Shown in pieces: positions 1-10,390 of a stretch of DNA of 64,000 bases. The DNA is from Lama guanicoe (lineage: Eukaryota). Position 1 is the first letter of the stretch. Every line of letters begins with the position of its first letter. Below the pieces are notes generated by a model, which worked only from the letters and a program-made list of their open reading frames with translations, was not told the DNA's origin and searched no databases. The translations under genes were made by a program, and so were the position numbers. Location of the stretch: the NCBI GenBank assembly GCA_013239625.1, contig MU056733.1, positions 1,612,001 through 1,676,000 of the forward strand, given 5' to 3'.

Positions 1-19
1 CTGCAAGGACACCAGAGCT
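1..19 (-). CDS. PDIA5: PDIA5 exon 13, first 19 nt (runs off the window edge)
   Basis: ctctcccccgtcccag|AGC TCT GGT GTC CTT GCA G = SSGVLA(A), in phase with exon 12. Confidence 0.9.
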
Positions 20-551
20 CTGGGACGGGGGAGAGGCCAACCATGCATGACAGCCTCAGACGAAGTGCTGGCAGAAGAGGGGCCCAGACACCAGCCCCCA
101 ACCCACCCAGGCCTGCCAGAACTTCCTAGGGGCAGGGGACTTTGTACATCCCAGGAACAACTGGACACCAGCATGTCCATCATTTCTCATTTGTTCTGAA
201 ACGAAGCCTTTTAATCTGCCCCACTAACCAGGCTGTGTAGACTGTGGCTATTCCCGACAGGCAAGACCCCACAGAAAAGAGGCAAAAGCTCGGGGCTTCA
301 CCCTAGAGCCATGACCTGGCAGAGGTCACCTGGATGGATATGAGGACATGACCCATGGTGTCTCTGCACCTCTCCGTCCCTGGTGGGGGCCCCACCTGTC
401 TAAGACACGTCTACTCGGGGACACAGAAGTACCGCAGGCCTCCAGGGATAGGAGAGCTGCTGTACAGCTCACAGGGGCAAGTCATCATAATGATCCTATC
501 ACTGACTCTTTAGGAGAGAGCGGTGGGGGAGGTTAAGGAAAGGAAGCTTAC

Positions 552-622
552 GTCTGCTTCTCCATGGAGGACTTCTGCTGCATTCTCAAACTCTGGCTTC
601 ATTTTCTTACAGTGTCCACACC
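552..622 (-). CDS. PDIA5: PDIA5 exon 12 (71 nt), second CxxC active site (WCGHC)
   Basis: ccacag|GG TGT GGA CAC TGT...GCA GAC|gtaagc; (W)CGHCKKMKPEFENAAEVLHGEAD. Confidence 0.97.
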
Positions 623-821
623 CTGTGGGAAGAAATCGAGAGAAACCCATTCCCATGGCGCAGAGGCTCCAGGGATGTCCCCTGCCTCTGGAAGACAGCT
701 GGGCCCCAAGCCCAGACACCAGGGGTCCTTGGGAGAAAAGAAGAACAAGAACCAGCTCAGAGAAAAGATCTCTTTTGCCTGATCCACTGGGCGGGGGGAG
801 GGGTGCAAGAGACAAAAACAT

Positions 822-1060
822 CATAACTACATGAAAAATGCTGGCGACGTGCAGGGGGGTCCTGTGTGCCAGGCACTGCTCTAAATGCTTTATAACCTCA
901 CCACAGCCCTACAAAGTATGAACTACACCATCTTCATTTTACAGATGAGAAAACTGAGGCCCCAAAAGGATGGATGACTGCCCAAGGCTACGTACACAGC
1001 CACAGGTCACAGAGCTGAGTGGAAAAGCCAAGCAATATGGCCAGAGGCCATGGCCACCAG
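822..1060 (-). mobile_element. MIR relic
   Basis: tgtgccaggcactgctctaaatgcttt...cattttacagatgagaaaactgaggc MIR core. Confidence 0.8.
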
Positions 1061-2464
1061 GAGCGAGTGCTTCCTAGCACCACGCTACCACCACCACCAT
1101 CTTCTCCAAGATAGAAGGGATTTCGAGCCTTGACTCAGGAATAAGAATTCACAGAAGGAAGAGTATGGAGAAAAATTAAGTTCCAGTCATCCCCACAAGG
1201 GAGGTGGTATGATACGACAGGCATAGGGAGCCGACATGACATTTTCAAACTGTCATTTTCTTGGGATAAAGACTGCTTTGCCCCCCTCTCCTCACAGTCA
1301 CTTGAATGCAGTAAGATGCCATAAATAATATTAGATATCTTAAAAAGGAAATCACCACTTTGTGTAGGTGACACTAAGGTCAGAATGTTTGTAAACTGCT
1401 TTCATTTTAGTAGAAAGAGTACTTTCTGGAGTCTCTGCTAGAGAGGCTGTGAGGTGAGGAGGACCAGACTGGTTCAGAATGGAGTCCCCTCTAAAGGGAA
1501 ACCTGGCTGTGAGGGGGCCACACATAAACAAGGCTGAGTGGATGGCAGGGATATGGCTCAGCCTTCTTGTGGAGGGTGACATTGCGGGAGCTGAAAGCAC
1601 CACAATTCTACTACTGATGCTGGGAAAAGAAAAGACGGACAAGAAAGGAAAACACACATGGAGACTAAACAACACACTACTAAAAACCCAATGGGTCAAC
1701 AATGAAATCAAAGAGAAAATCAGAAAATACTTCAAGATAAATGAAAATGAAATCACAACACTCCAAAATGCAGCAAAAGCCATTCTGAAAGGGAAGTTTA
1801 CAGCAATACAGGCCTTCCTTAAGAAACAAGAAGAATCTCAAATAAACAACCTAATCTACCATCTAAAGGAATTAGAAAGAGAAGAACAAAGTCCAAAGTC
1901 AGCAGAAAGAAGGAAATAATAAAGATCAGAGAGGAAATAAATAAAATAGAGACCAATAGAAAAGATCAAGGAAACCAAGAGCTGGTTTTTTGAAAAGAAA
2001 AACAAAATTGATAAACCATTAGTCAGGCTCATCAAGAAAAAAAGCAGATCCAAATAAAATAAGAAATGAAAGAGAAGAAATAAAAACCACTATTGCAGAG
2101 ATACAAAAAATCGTTAGAGACTACTACAAAGTTATATGCCAACAAACTGGACAATCTAGAAATGGAAAAATTTCTAAAAACATGCAACCTTCCAAGACTG
2201 AATCTGGAAGAAACAGATAATCTGAACAGGCCAGTCACTATTAGTGAATCTGACTTTGTAATAATAATTAAAAAAAAATCTCCCAGCAAACATAGGTCCA
2301 AGACCAGAAGCTTCAAAGGGAAATTTTACCAAACATCAAGGAAAGCTGATATCCATCCTTCTCAACTATTCTAAAAAATTGAAGAGGAAGGAACACTCTC
2401 AAATTCATTCTACCAGGCCACCAGTACCCTGATAACAAAACTAGACAAAGACATTACAAAAAAG

Positions 2465-2607
2465 NNNNNNNNNNNNNNNNNNNNNNNNNNNNNNNNNNNN
2501 NNNNNNNNNNNNNNNNNNNNNNNNNNNNNNNNNNNNNNNNNNNNNNNNNNNNNNNNNNNNNNNNNNNNNNNNNNNNNNNNNNNNNNNNNNNNNNNNNNNN
2601 NNNNNNN
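2465..2607. other. Assembly gap (143 N) inside L1
   Basis: N run between L1 ORF2 sequence and a nested L1 3' end. Confidence 0.99.
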
Positions 2608-2978
2608 CCAGAAAGAGAAAGAAAAATGCCATATGATATCACTTGTATGTGGAATCTAAAAAAAGAAAAAAAGGGGACACCAACGAACTCATCTACAAAA
2701 CGGAAACAGACTCACAGACACAGTAAACGACCTTATGGTTACTAGGGAAAAGGGGGTGGGAAAGGACAAATTTGGGAGTTTGAGATTTGCAAATGTTAGC
2801 CACTATATATAAAAACAGATTTTAAAAAACAAGTTTCTTCTGTGTAGCACAGGGAACTATATTCAATACCTTGTAATAACTTTTTATAAAAATGAATACA
2901 TGTATGTACATGCATGACTGGGACACTACTGTATGCCAGAAATTGACACGCTGTAACTGACTGTAGTTAAATTAAAAA
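2608..2978 (+). mobile_element. Nested L1 3' end/3'UTR (same family as 31142-31460)
   Basis: CCAGAAAGAGAAAGAAAAATGCCATATGATATCACTTGTATGTGGAATCTAAAA...TAGCACAGGGAACTATATTCAATA...A-rich end; ORF2 resumes immediately after. Confidence 0.88.
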
Positions 2979-5900
2979 CAAGTCCATAAATCAAGTAATG
3001 TGATACCACACATTAACAAAAGGATAAAAATCACATGACCATCTCAATTGATGCTGAAAAAGCATTTGATAAAATACAGCATCCATACATGATAAAAACT
3101 TTCATCAAAATGGATATAGATGGAAAATATCTCAGCATAATAAAGACCATTTATGACAAACCCACAGCTAACATCATACTCAACAGTGAAAAGCTGAAAG
3201 CCTTTTCTCTAAAATCAGGAGTAAGACAAGGATGCTCACTCCCATCGCTTCTATTTAACATAGTGTTGGAAGTCCTAGCCACAGCAATCAGACAAGAGAA
3301 AGAAATAAACGGCATCCAAGTTGGAAGGGAAGAAGTAAAACTGTCACTATCTGCAGATACACAGTACTATATAAAGAAAACCCTAAAGTCTCAACCAGAA
3401 AACTATGAGAATAAATGAATTCAGTAAAGTTGCAGGATATAGGATTAACCTAACAAACCTGTTGCTTTTCTATACACTAAAAATGAACCATCAGAAAGAG
3501 AAAGCAAGAAAATAATCCTGTTTAAAATCACATCAAAAAGAATAGAATACTTAGGAATAAACTTGACCAAGGAGGTAAAAGACTTACACTCTGAAAACTT
3601 AGAACACAGATAAAGGAAACTTAAGATTGTATAAAGAAATGGAAAGAGATCCTGTGTTGATGAATTAGAAGAACTGATGTTGTTAAAATGTCCATACTAC
3701 CCAAAGTAATCTACAGATGTAATGCATCCCTATCAAAATAACTATGAAATGTTTCAAAGAACTAGAACAAATCATATAAAATTTATATGAAAACTGCAAC
3801 CAGTATAATATTGTAAATCAAAATATACTTCAATAGAAAGAAAGAGAAAGAAAGGGTGAAAGGGAGAAAGAAAATGAATTTGGACCAAAAAAAAAAAAAC
3901 AAAATGGAAGGCAGGGAGACACACACACTAATATTATCAGAGGAGACCGCCCATACCTTCCAGTAGCCTCTAAGCCAAAGGAACAGCTTTCCGGCCTCCA
4001 TCTGAGCACTTGACTGGGACAAAAGTTCCTGTCTCCTCCAAAGTCATTCCTGCAGAGCTCAGCTCTACGTGGCAATGAGATACTAGCAGGTCTCTTCCAT
4101 TCCTACCTGTTCCCAGCTTCCTCAGTCCATGCTCACCTAGTCCCGCCCAGGGACAGAGGCCTCGTGGTGGCTACTCTAATCCCCACCCCTCCACGCACAC
4201 ACTGATAACAGAAAATCTAAGTATTCCTTGAGCTCCCAGGCCAAAGCAGCAAGCCTTCCTCTGGACAGAGCGCTCTGGGGGAGCCATGAAATGAGTTGGT
4301 GGAGGAAACTCACTGATGAAATCCAGCTCAGGGGGTGGCCACAATTCTTAACAGCACCAACATGTTGGTCCTTCTTAAATGGGTCCAAGGAAGAGGGACA
4401 CCTGTGGGCTCACTGGCTGACTAGAGCCCACTCATGACCCCGTGAACTGCAGGGTTATCAAGGTCATCATGATATTGAAACATAATCACATTATTTTCCA
4501 GAAATGAACATTTTTTGCTATTGTAACACATCTGCACTTTCTAAATAACTGAGGTACAAAGGGTTTTTGTTTTGTTTTGGTAAGTTGATTGTTTGGAACT
4601 GAAAATGTGGTTTCCCCATAGAAACAATTTCATACAGTTTCTATGCATATTCTCAGGCGCGACTATAACAGCGCATTAAACAGGATGTACCTGAAGCATA
4701 CAGAGCATGCAGCACTATTTCTATTTCACTGAGCTGCCCCCCAGATGGAAAACACACAGCTCACAGTTCAGCTCGGGACTCCCGGCAGGCCTCTCCCTGC
4801 AGGCAGCAAATATCAAACCAATAGCAAAAGGGAGAGTGTCGTCCTCAGCTCAGGGCAGACTCTGGGACTTCTGGGTCACTGATATTCTTAAGAATTTCAT
4901 GAAAGCTTCTTCCCTTCTCCCATCCTGATGTGTATATACTCCATACTTATGTGTAACTTCAGAAGGCTCTGAACCCCTTGACGGGCTCACAGACCCCTGG
5001 TTAAGATAAGGCCGAGAAAGCCCGACCCCAAGGCAATCACTCCAGGGGTGGGGGTGGAAGAACACAGAGTTGTCCTCACAGGCGTCCAGGCTCAGGTATT
5101 CTTCTATGCGGATCCACATGTCAGGAGTAAATTGGATATTCTAGGGAAGAGTCTACTGACTTACCACAATATATATTAAGACAAACATTTTGGGGGGTTC
5201 TTGCTAAAATAAAAGAAATAAATCACTCTCTGGGGCTTACAGCCAGGAGGCTTTACAACTCTTAAAGGAACCTCCCTGGCCTGCGTGTAGCACCCTGCAC
5301 CTGCCCGAAGATGACCACCCCATTCTCCCACTCCCAGGCTGACTGTCCCTGACTGGTGCAGGGGGTGCTCATTCTGCATGAAGAGACACCAAGAAAAGGA
5401 GGCTCAGAGCCTCTCCTGCTGCTGCTGGGTCTGTCACCCAAGAGTTCAGTCTGCCCTGGAGAGGAAGAAGTGAGTGGCCTGAGTCAGAGCCACTCAGCCC
5501 AGCAGAGCCCAGGGTCAAGGTGGGCACCAGGGGGTGGAAAATAAGGAAGACAAAGCCACTTATTGAAAAACCACTATTTTTTCCCAAAATGTCCCAGTCA
5601 ACATGGCAAGGACCCCTGAAGATGAGAGAGTTCATCTTAATATCTTTATCAGGTTCTGCCCTTTGCCCCCATCGCCCCGCTGGGGAAGCAAATAGAATCC
5701 ACACTGCCTGCTGGATTTTATCAGTGCAGGCCAGAGACAGGCTGAGACCAGGAACTGGCTCACTGTGAAGAAGAGCAGGGACCAACCCGCGAAGCCTGCC
5801 TGAGACACAGGAGGGGCGGCTGGAGGGCATGCCAGAAGGAGCCAGATTCTTTAGCGTGCACTCACGGCTCTCTCCTGAACTTCCAGCCTCCCAGGAGTCC

Positions 5901-6344
5901 CCTGAGTAACAAAGGTGCTCGTTCACACTTTATCTCAGCAGCCCCATGAGACACAGGACAGAGATCATCAGAAATGATGGCTCCGGGAGAAGTGGTAAAT
6001 TGGGGTCCAAGAGCCACCGTTAAACCAGATGGGATTAAGAGGTGGATCTTCTGGCTGGAGCTCCCGTCTCTGTGCCCACATGAGCTGATCTTTTCCCTGA
6101 AGTTCTGTCCACCAGCACCCAGCCCACTTCATTACAGCCCCCGCCCCGATGGAAGAGGCCTCTCCACGCAGAGCGTCCACCCGGGCACTGGCCCCTGCTT
6201 TGAGTCTCCAGTTCACTGCAGCCCCACCGAACCACCTACTTCTCTTCTACGCACAAATGACTTCTCATTCATATACTTGTGACATTTCATTTTGTAGTGC
6301 TTCATGACTGCTATATTGCTGTCTTCTCATGTGCAGGGGTAGCT

Positions 6345-6912
6345 GGGGCAACTTTTTAAATCATAAATCAGATCAGACTCCCCTGGTTAAAACTTCCAAT
6401 GGCTCCCATCACAGCTGGATTAAAACTCAAACTCCTTACCACAGCCACAAGCCCGACACCACAGAACCCTCCTACCTTACAACCTCAACTCAGGGATCTC
6501 CCTCCTGCCCTCTACTCTATCCTGTGCAGCCTGTGGCCTTTTTCTGCTTTCCTATCACACCAAGCTCATTCCTCCCCTCATGGCTCTTAATGTGCTATTG
6601 CCTGGAACACGATCTTCCCCCAGGCCTCTGCGTGGCTGACCACTTCACATCAGGCAGGCTTGAGCTCAAATTTCACTTCCACAGAGAAATTACCTGACCA
6701 CCTAATCCAAAGAAGCCTCACCCGATCACAGCTCACTTCCAACTGCCTGTTTATTTTCTCAGCTGTACACAAAACAGCGGGAGTAGTCTGCTTACTCGAC
6801 TCTCCCAATCCAACTGGGATGTAAGGTCCATACGGGCTGAGTTGTCGCTCACGCTCACCCCCACCTCCCTGGTACTGAGGCTGGCGTCCCACGCACTTTG
6901 TGAATGAATTAA
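6345..6912 (+). mobile_element. L2 3' region relic
   Basis: aaatcagatca...aaaacttccaatggctcccatcac...aaactccttacc...ending tgaatgaat. Confidence 0.75.
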
Positions 6913-7944
6913 CTGCATGGCTGTATTGTTCAGGTTTACACCAGTGCACACAAGTTTTCACAGAACTAAATTCTTCTGTGGCCAAAGTCACGCCAAATAG
7001 TTGGTAGTATGACTAAATGCCTCTATTCAGTAAGACCAGCAGCCAAGTGAGTTACTGTGTGCATACCCTCCCCACCACTATTTATACACTTGCCCTGCTC
7101 CTCACCAGCTGTGGAAAACACCTTCGGAAATTTCCAGCATTGCTGGATGTTGTTCTGAAGCTTCCCGTGCATTCCGAGAGTTCTCTTGATACCGTACGGC
7201 TTTCACTACTAGCATCACTTCCCTCTGCTCCCTGAACAAGATACTAAGGCTAGACAATAAACTCTGTAAACAGAGTTTACGACGAGGAGCCTGGCCAGGC
7301 CCCGAGGAGGAGAGAGGTCTGGCCGAGGAGACGTCTTCCTCGCTGGCACCCGCCTGCCAGGGGGAACTGTGGGTCATGAGTGGTGACTGCCTTGACCCCA
7401 GCCTCCTGGCCTGGCCTTCAGGCTGTCCTGGCTGTGTGGGCCGCGGGAGAGCCAGAGGAGGAGGGTTAGCAGCGGGAGAAGGTATCCAGCTCACTGCGTT
7501 TTACTGTCCTGATTGTGACTTGATAGGCCATTAAGTTTTACTGCCCAACTTCCTTGTTGGGTTTTTATCGGCTGTGTAAGTGCACTTAGGCTGATTGTCA
7601 TGACCTGGCGCAGAGGCCGCCCGTTAGCTCCCAGACCACGCTCTTCTCTGGTTGTGGGAATGTTGGCCTCCCGTCAACACCAAGCCTTCAGATTCCTCTG
7701 GATTCCATTAACTTCGGTTACACCTGTGATTTTATTACAGGCTGGCTCTGGAGACTTTCTTGGCTCCTGGAACCAGAATTTTCCAGAGGACCAGTTTAAT
7801 CTGGAAAGCTCCCTAGTACCTGGGACTGTAAAAGGAATCTGGATTTTCCTACCCGCATTCCTGTTGTCCTGCCTGGACCCCAGCTCGGGGCATGCCAGGG
7901 AGGTGGGGCTCCTACAGCTGCTGGCAGAGACACTGACGCCTTGC

Positions 7945-8059
7945 GGGGAGGGTATAGCTCAAGTCGTAGAGTGCATGCTTAGCATGCATAAGGTTCAATC
8001 CCCAGTACCTCCTCTAAAAATGAAGAAATCTAATGACTATCCCTCCCAAGAAAAAAAAG
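7945..8059 (+). mobile_element. tRNA-Ala-derived SINE (camelid vic-1-like)
   Basis: GGGGAGGGTATAGCTCAAGTCGTAGAGTGCATGCTTAGCATGCATAAGGTTCAATCCCCAGTACCTCC plus A-rich tail; small internal deletion. Confidence 0.88.
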
Positions 8060-8284
8060 AAACACTGATAATTTAACATGGTGACACCCTCCCCCAGAGA
8101 CCTCAGGGCTTGCAGCTGTGTATGCAATGTCTTGTACACACTCACAGGCACCCTGGGGCAGACACGTTCTGATGAATGCCTCCACAGATCACATAGCCCT
8201 CTTCTTGTGCAAAGAGAAAGTTGGGATTTTGTGTTTCTTTCTTCACATTAGTATAAAATGTAGATAACAAGCTTTTAACATTTT

Positions 8285-8680
8285 TTTCTTCTAGGCTTCT
8301 ATCCTAAGAAAATAATCTGACATGTGAACAAATATTTATGCAGGAAAATGTTCTCTGCAGCATGATTTACAATGGGGAAATAGAGTAAACAACTCGAACC
8401 TTCAACATTATGGTGATGGTTAAGTAATTTATGGCCCCATTATATAATGGAATATTATGTGACCACAAAAAGCATGTACAAATAAGCATTGTTAATAACA
8501 GAAGAAAATACAAGATAGTGTTAAGAAAAAAGCATGGGAAAAAAACTTAATGAATAAAAGGAAATCCCTTCCTCCCACCTGGCAAAAAGATGAAAAATCC
8601 AGATGAATTAAAGAATGAAATGAAACAAACAAAAATATTATCACAGAATATAAGGCACTATTTTTATACCATAGGGATGG
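8285..8680 (+). mobile_element. Ancient L1 (L1ME-like) 3' relic
   Basis: ttctaggcttctatcctaagaaaataat...atggttaagtaatttatgg...aatggaatattatg. Confidence 0.6.
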
Positions 8681-8734
8681 ATTTCCCAAGCAACCCACAA
8701 ATCCTAGAGGTCAGAATGGGAAAAGGTAGGCTTG

Positions 8735-8992
8735 CAAAGGGCTCAGTGATGAGACTGAGGCCTCTAGGACTGGGTTTTAATCCTGGCCCTACTTTTTTGG
8801 CCATGTGACCTTTGGTAAGTTTCTTGACCTCTTGGTGTCTCCCTTTCCTAACCTGTAAAATGGGGATAATCACGATATCCGCTACACAGGATTTTGTTGT
8901 GAAGATTAAACGAGTTAATCTATGGAAATCTTGAAAGTGCTCAAACAATGCCTGGCCCACAGTAAGTGCTCAGTAAACATTCCAGCTATTAG
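8735..8992 (+). mobile_element. MIR, near full length
   Basis: tgtgacctttggtaagtttcttgacctct...ctgtaaaatggggataat...gttgtgaagattaaacgag...tgcctggcccacagtaagtgctcagtaaa. Confidence 0.88.
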
Positions 8993-10040
8993 ATGACTCC
9001 AAAAATGTAATGCTTTTATACAGTGAAAGGCAGCACAGAGAAAGTTAAAGCAAGCCACAGACTAATAGAGGACATCTGGAACACAGAAAATAAAGACTAA
9101 TATCCCTCAGTATGGAGCTCCAGGTCAAGAAGGAAAAGACCACCCACTAGGAGAATGGGCGCGGGGCCGGAAAAATTGGTTCACAGAAGAAATATGGAAG
9201 GCTGATTGCTGCACAGAGGGATGCTCACCTCCCTGGAGGCCAGGGAGCTGCAGAAGTTGCCCCTTTGCCCAGTTTAGTAGGAACAGAAATGGCTGAGAGC
9301 ATCCGCGGCTGGCGAGGATGCAGGCTCTGTCATGCACTGCCAGCTGTGCTGAGACCTTATCTATCAAAGCTCAAGCACACTCACCCCATGGCCCAATAGC
9401 TTCCCTTCCAGAAGTCAGTCATAAACATTTAGACACGTTCCCAAATACTTATGTTTACAAATCTGCATTGCATTGTTTGAACGAAGATTGCAGACAGATG
9501 TCTATCAACAGGCGAATGGTTTAAAATTAATGGCATATGTAAATTATCAAATACTATTCACTAGTTTAAAAATTGAGGTAGATTTATACGCCAATATCTA
9601 CATTTGTACAAAAACTTCTTCAAGATCTCCTTACTGGTGAGTGAAAAAATGCAAATCACACAAAAATGGATAGGAAATGATCCCACTTATGTTAAAAACA
9701 AAAACCAAACCCTGTTGTTTAGGTAGAAATAGGGGAGGAGAATAAATCTTGGGGTGGGGGATGGGTGGGGAGGGGACTTGAATTATCTGCACTACATCCT
9801 TATGTAGCCCTTGAACTTTGCAGCACCAGTAACAAGAATGTCATCAATATTGTTCTTAAATTACTTGTGCAATTAAAAAATAAAAGTGATAGCATGAAGG
9901 AGTTTTATGGCAAGATGGTTACACAAATCTACACACGTCAGGGAAAAAAGTCAATTTCACTGTATGTTAATTTTAAAAATAAAAGTCAAAAACAAGTGAA
10001 AAAGTAAAAGAAAAAGTAACTAGAAAAAGTGAAGTCAAGT

Positions 10041-10235
10041 GGGGAGGGTATAGCTCAGTGGTAGAGTGTGTGCCTAGTATGCATGAGGTCCTGGGTTCAA
10101 TCCCCAGTACTTCCATTAAAAAAATAAATTAAAAAAACCTAATTATCCCCCCCATATATACAATGCTATATGTCAACTGTGTATCAATAAACTGGAAGGA
10201 AAAAACATTTTTAAAAATTAAAATAAAAAAAAAAA
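10041..10235 (+). mobile_element. tRNA-Ala-derived SINE with an L1-3'-like segment in its tail
   Basis: A/B-box head; TSD agaaaaagtgaag(t/c)caa at 10022-10038 and 10236-10252. Confidence 0.92.
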
Positions 10236-10292
10236 AGAAAAAGTGAAGCCAAAAAGTGGAAAGTATTTGCTTCTGAATAATGGGATTACAGG

Positions 10293-10390
10293 GAGGAGGG
10301 TAGAGCTCAGTGGTAGAGTGCACATTTACAATGCATGAGGTCCTGGGTTCAATCCCCAGAACCTCCATCAAGGGAAAAAAGAAAAAGAAA
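10293..10390 (+). mobile_element. tRNA-Ala-derived SINE
   Basis: TAGAGCTCAGTGGTAGAG...GGTTCAATCCCCAG; TSD tgaataatg(g/a)gatta(c/t)agg at 10274-10292 and 10391-10409. Confidence 0.92.

Larger units (their letters stand above)
1645..3835 (+). mobile_element. Degenerate LINE-1 ORF2 fragment (post-endonuclease region to RT), interrupted by a nested L1 3' end
   Basis: ORF pieces HTWRLNNTLLKTQWVNNEIKEKIRKYF..., LYANKLDNLEMEKFL..., [20 protein letters not shown]...[21 protein letters not shown]. Frameshifts present; catalytic FADD has decayed to SADT. Confidence 0.95.

Noticed and set aside
1479-3418. ORFs 1479..1919, 2093..2374 and 3035..3418 as a host gene or active reverse transcriptase
   Set aside because: Frameshifted L1 ORF2 remnants with the catalytic FADD lost.
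4540-4720. Possible Tigger-type DNA transposon relic (ttccccatagaaacaat)
   Set aside because: Only one short motif is recognisable, with no terminal inverted repeats, so I cannot support a call without a library search.
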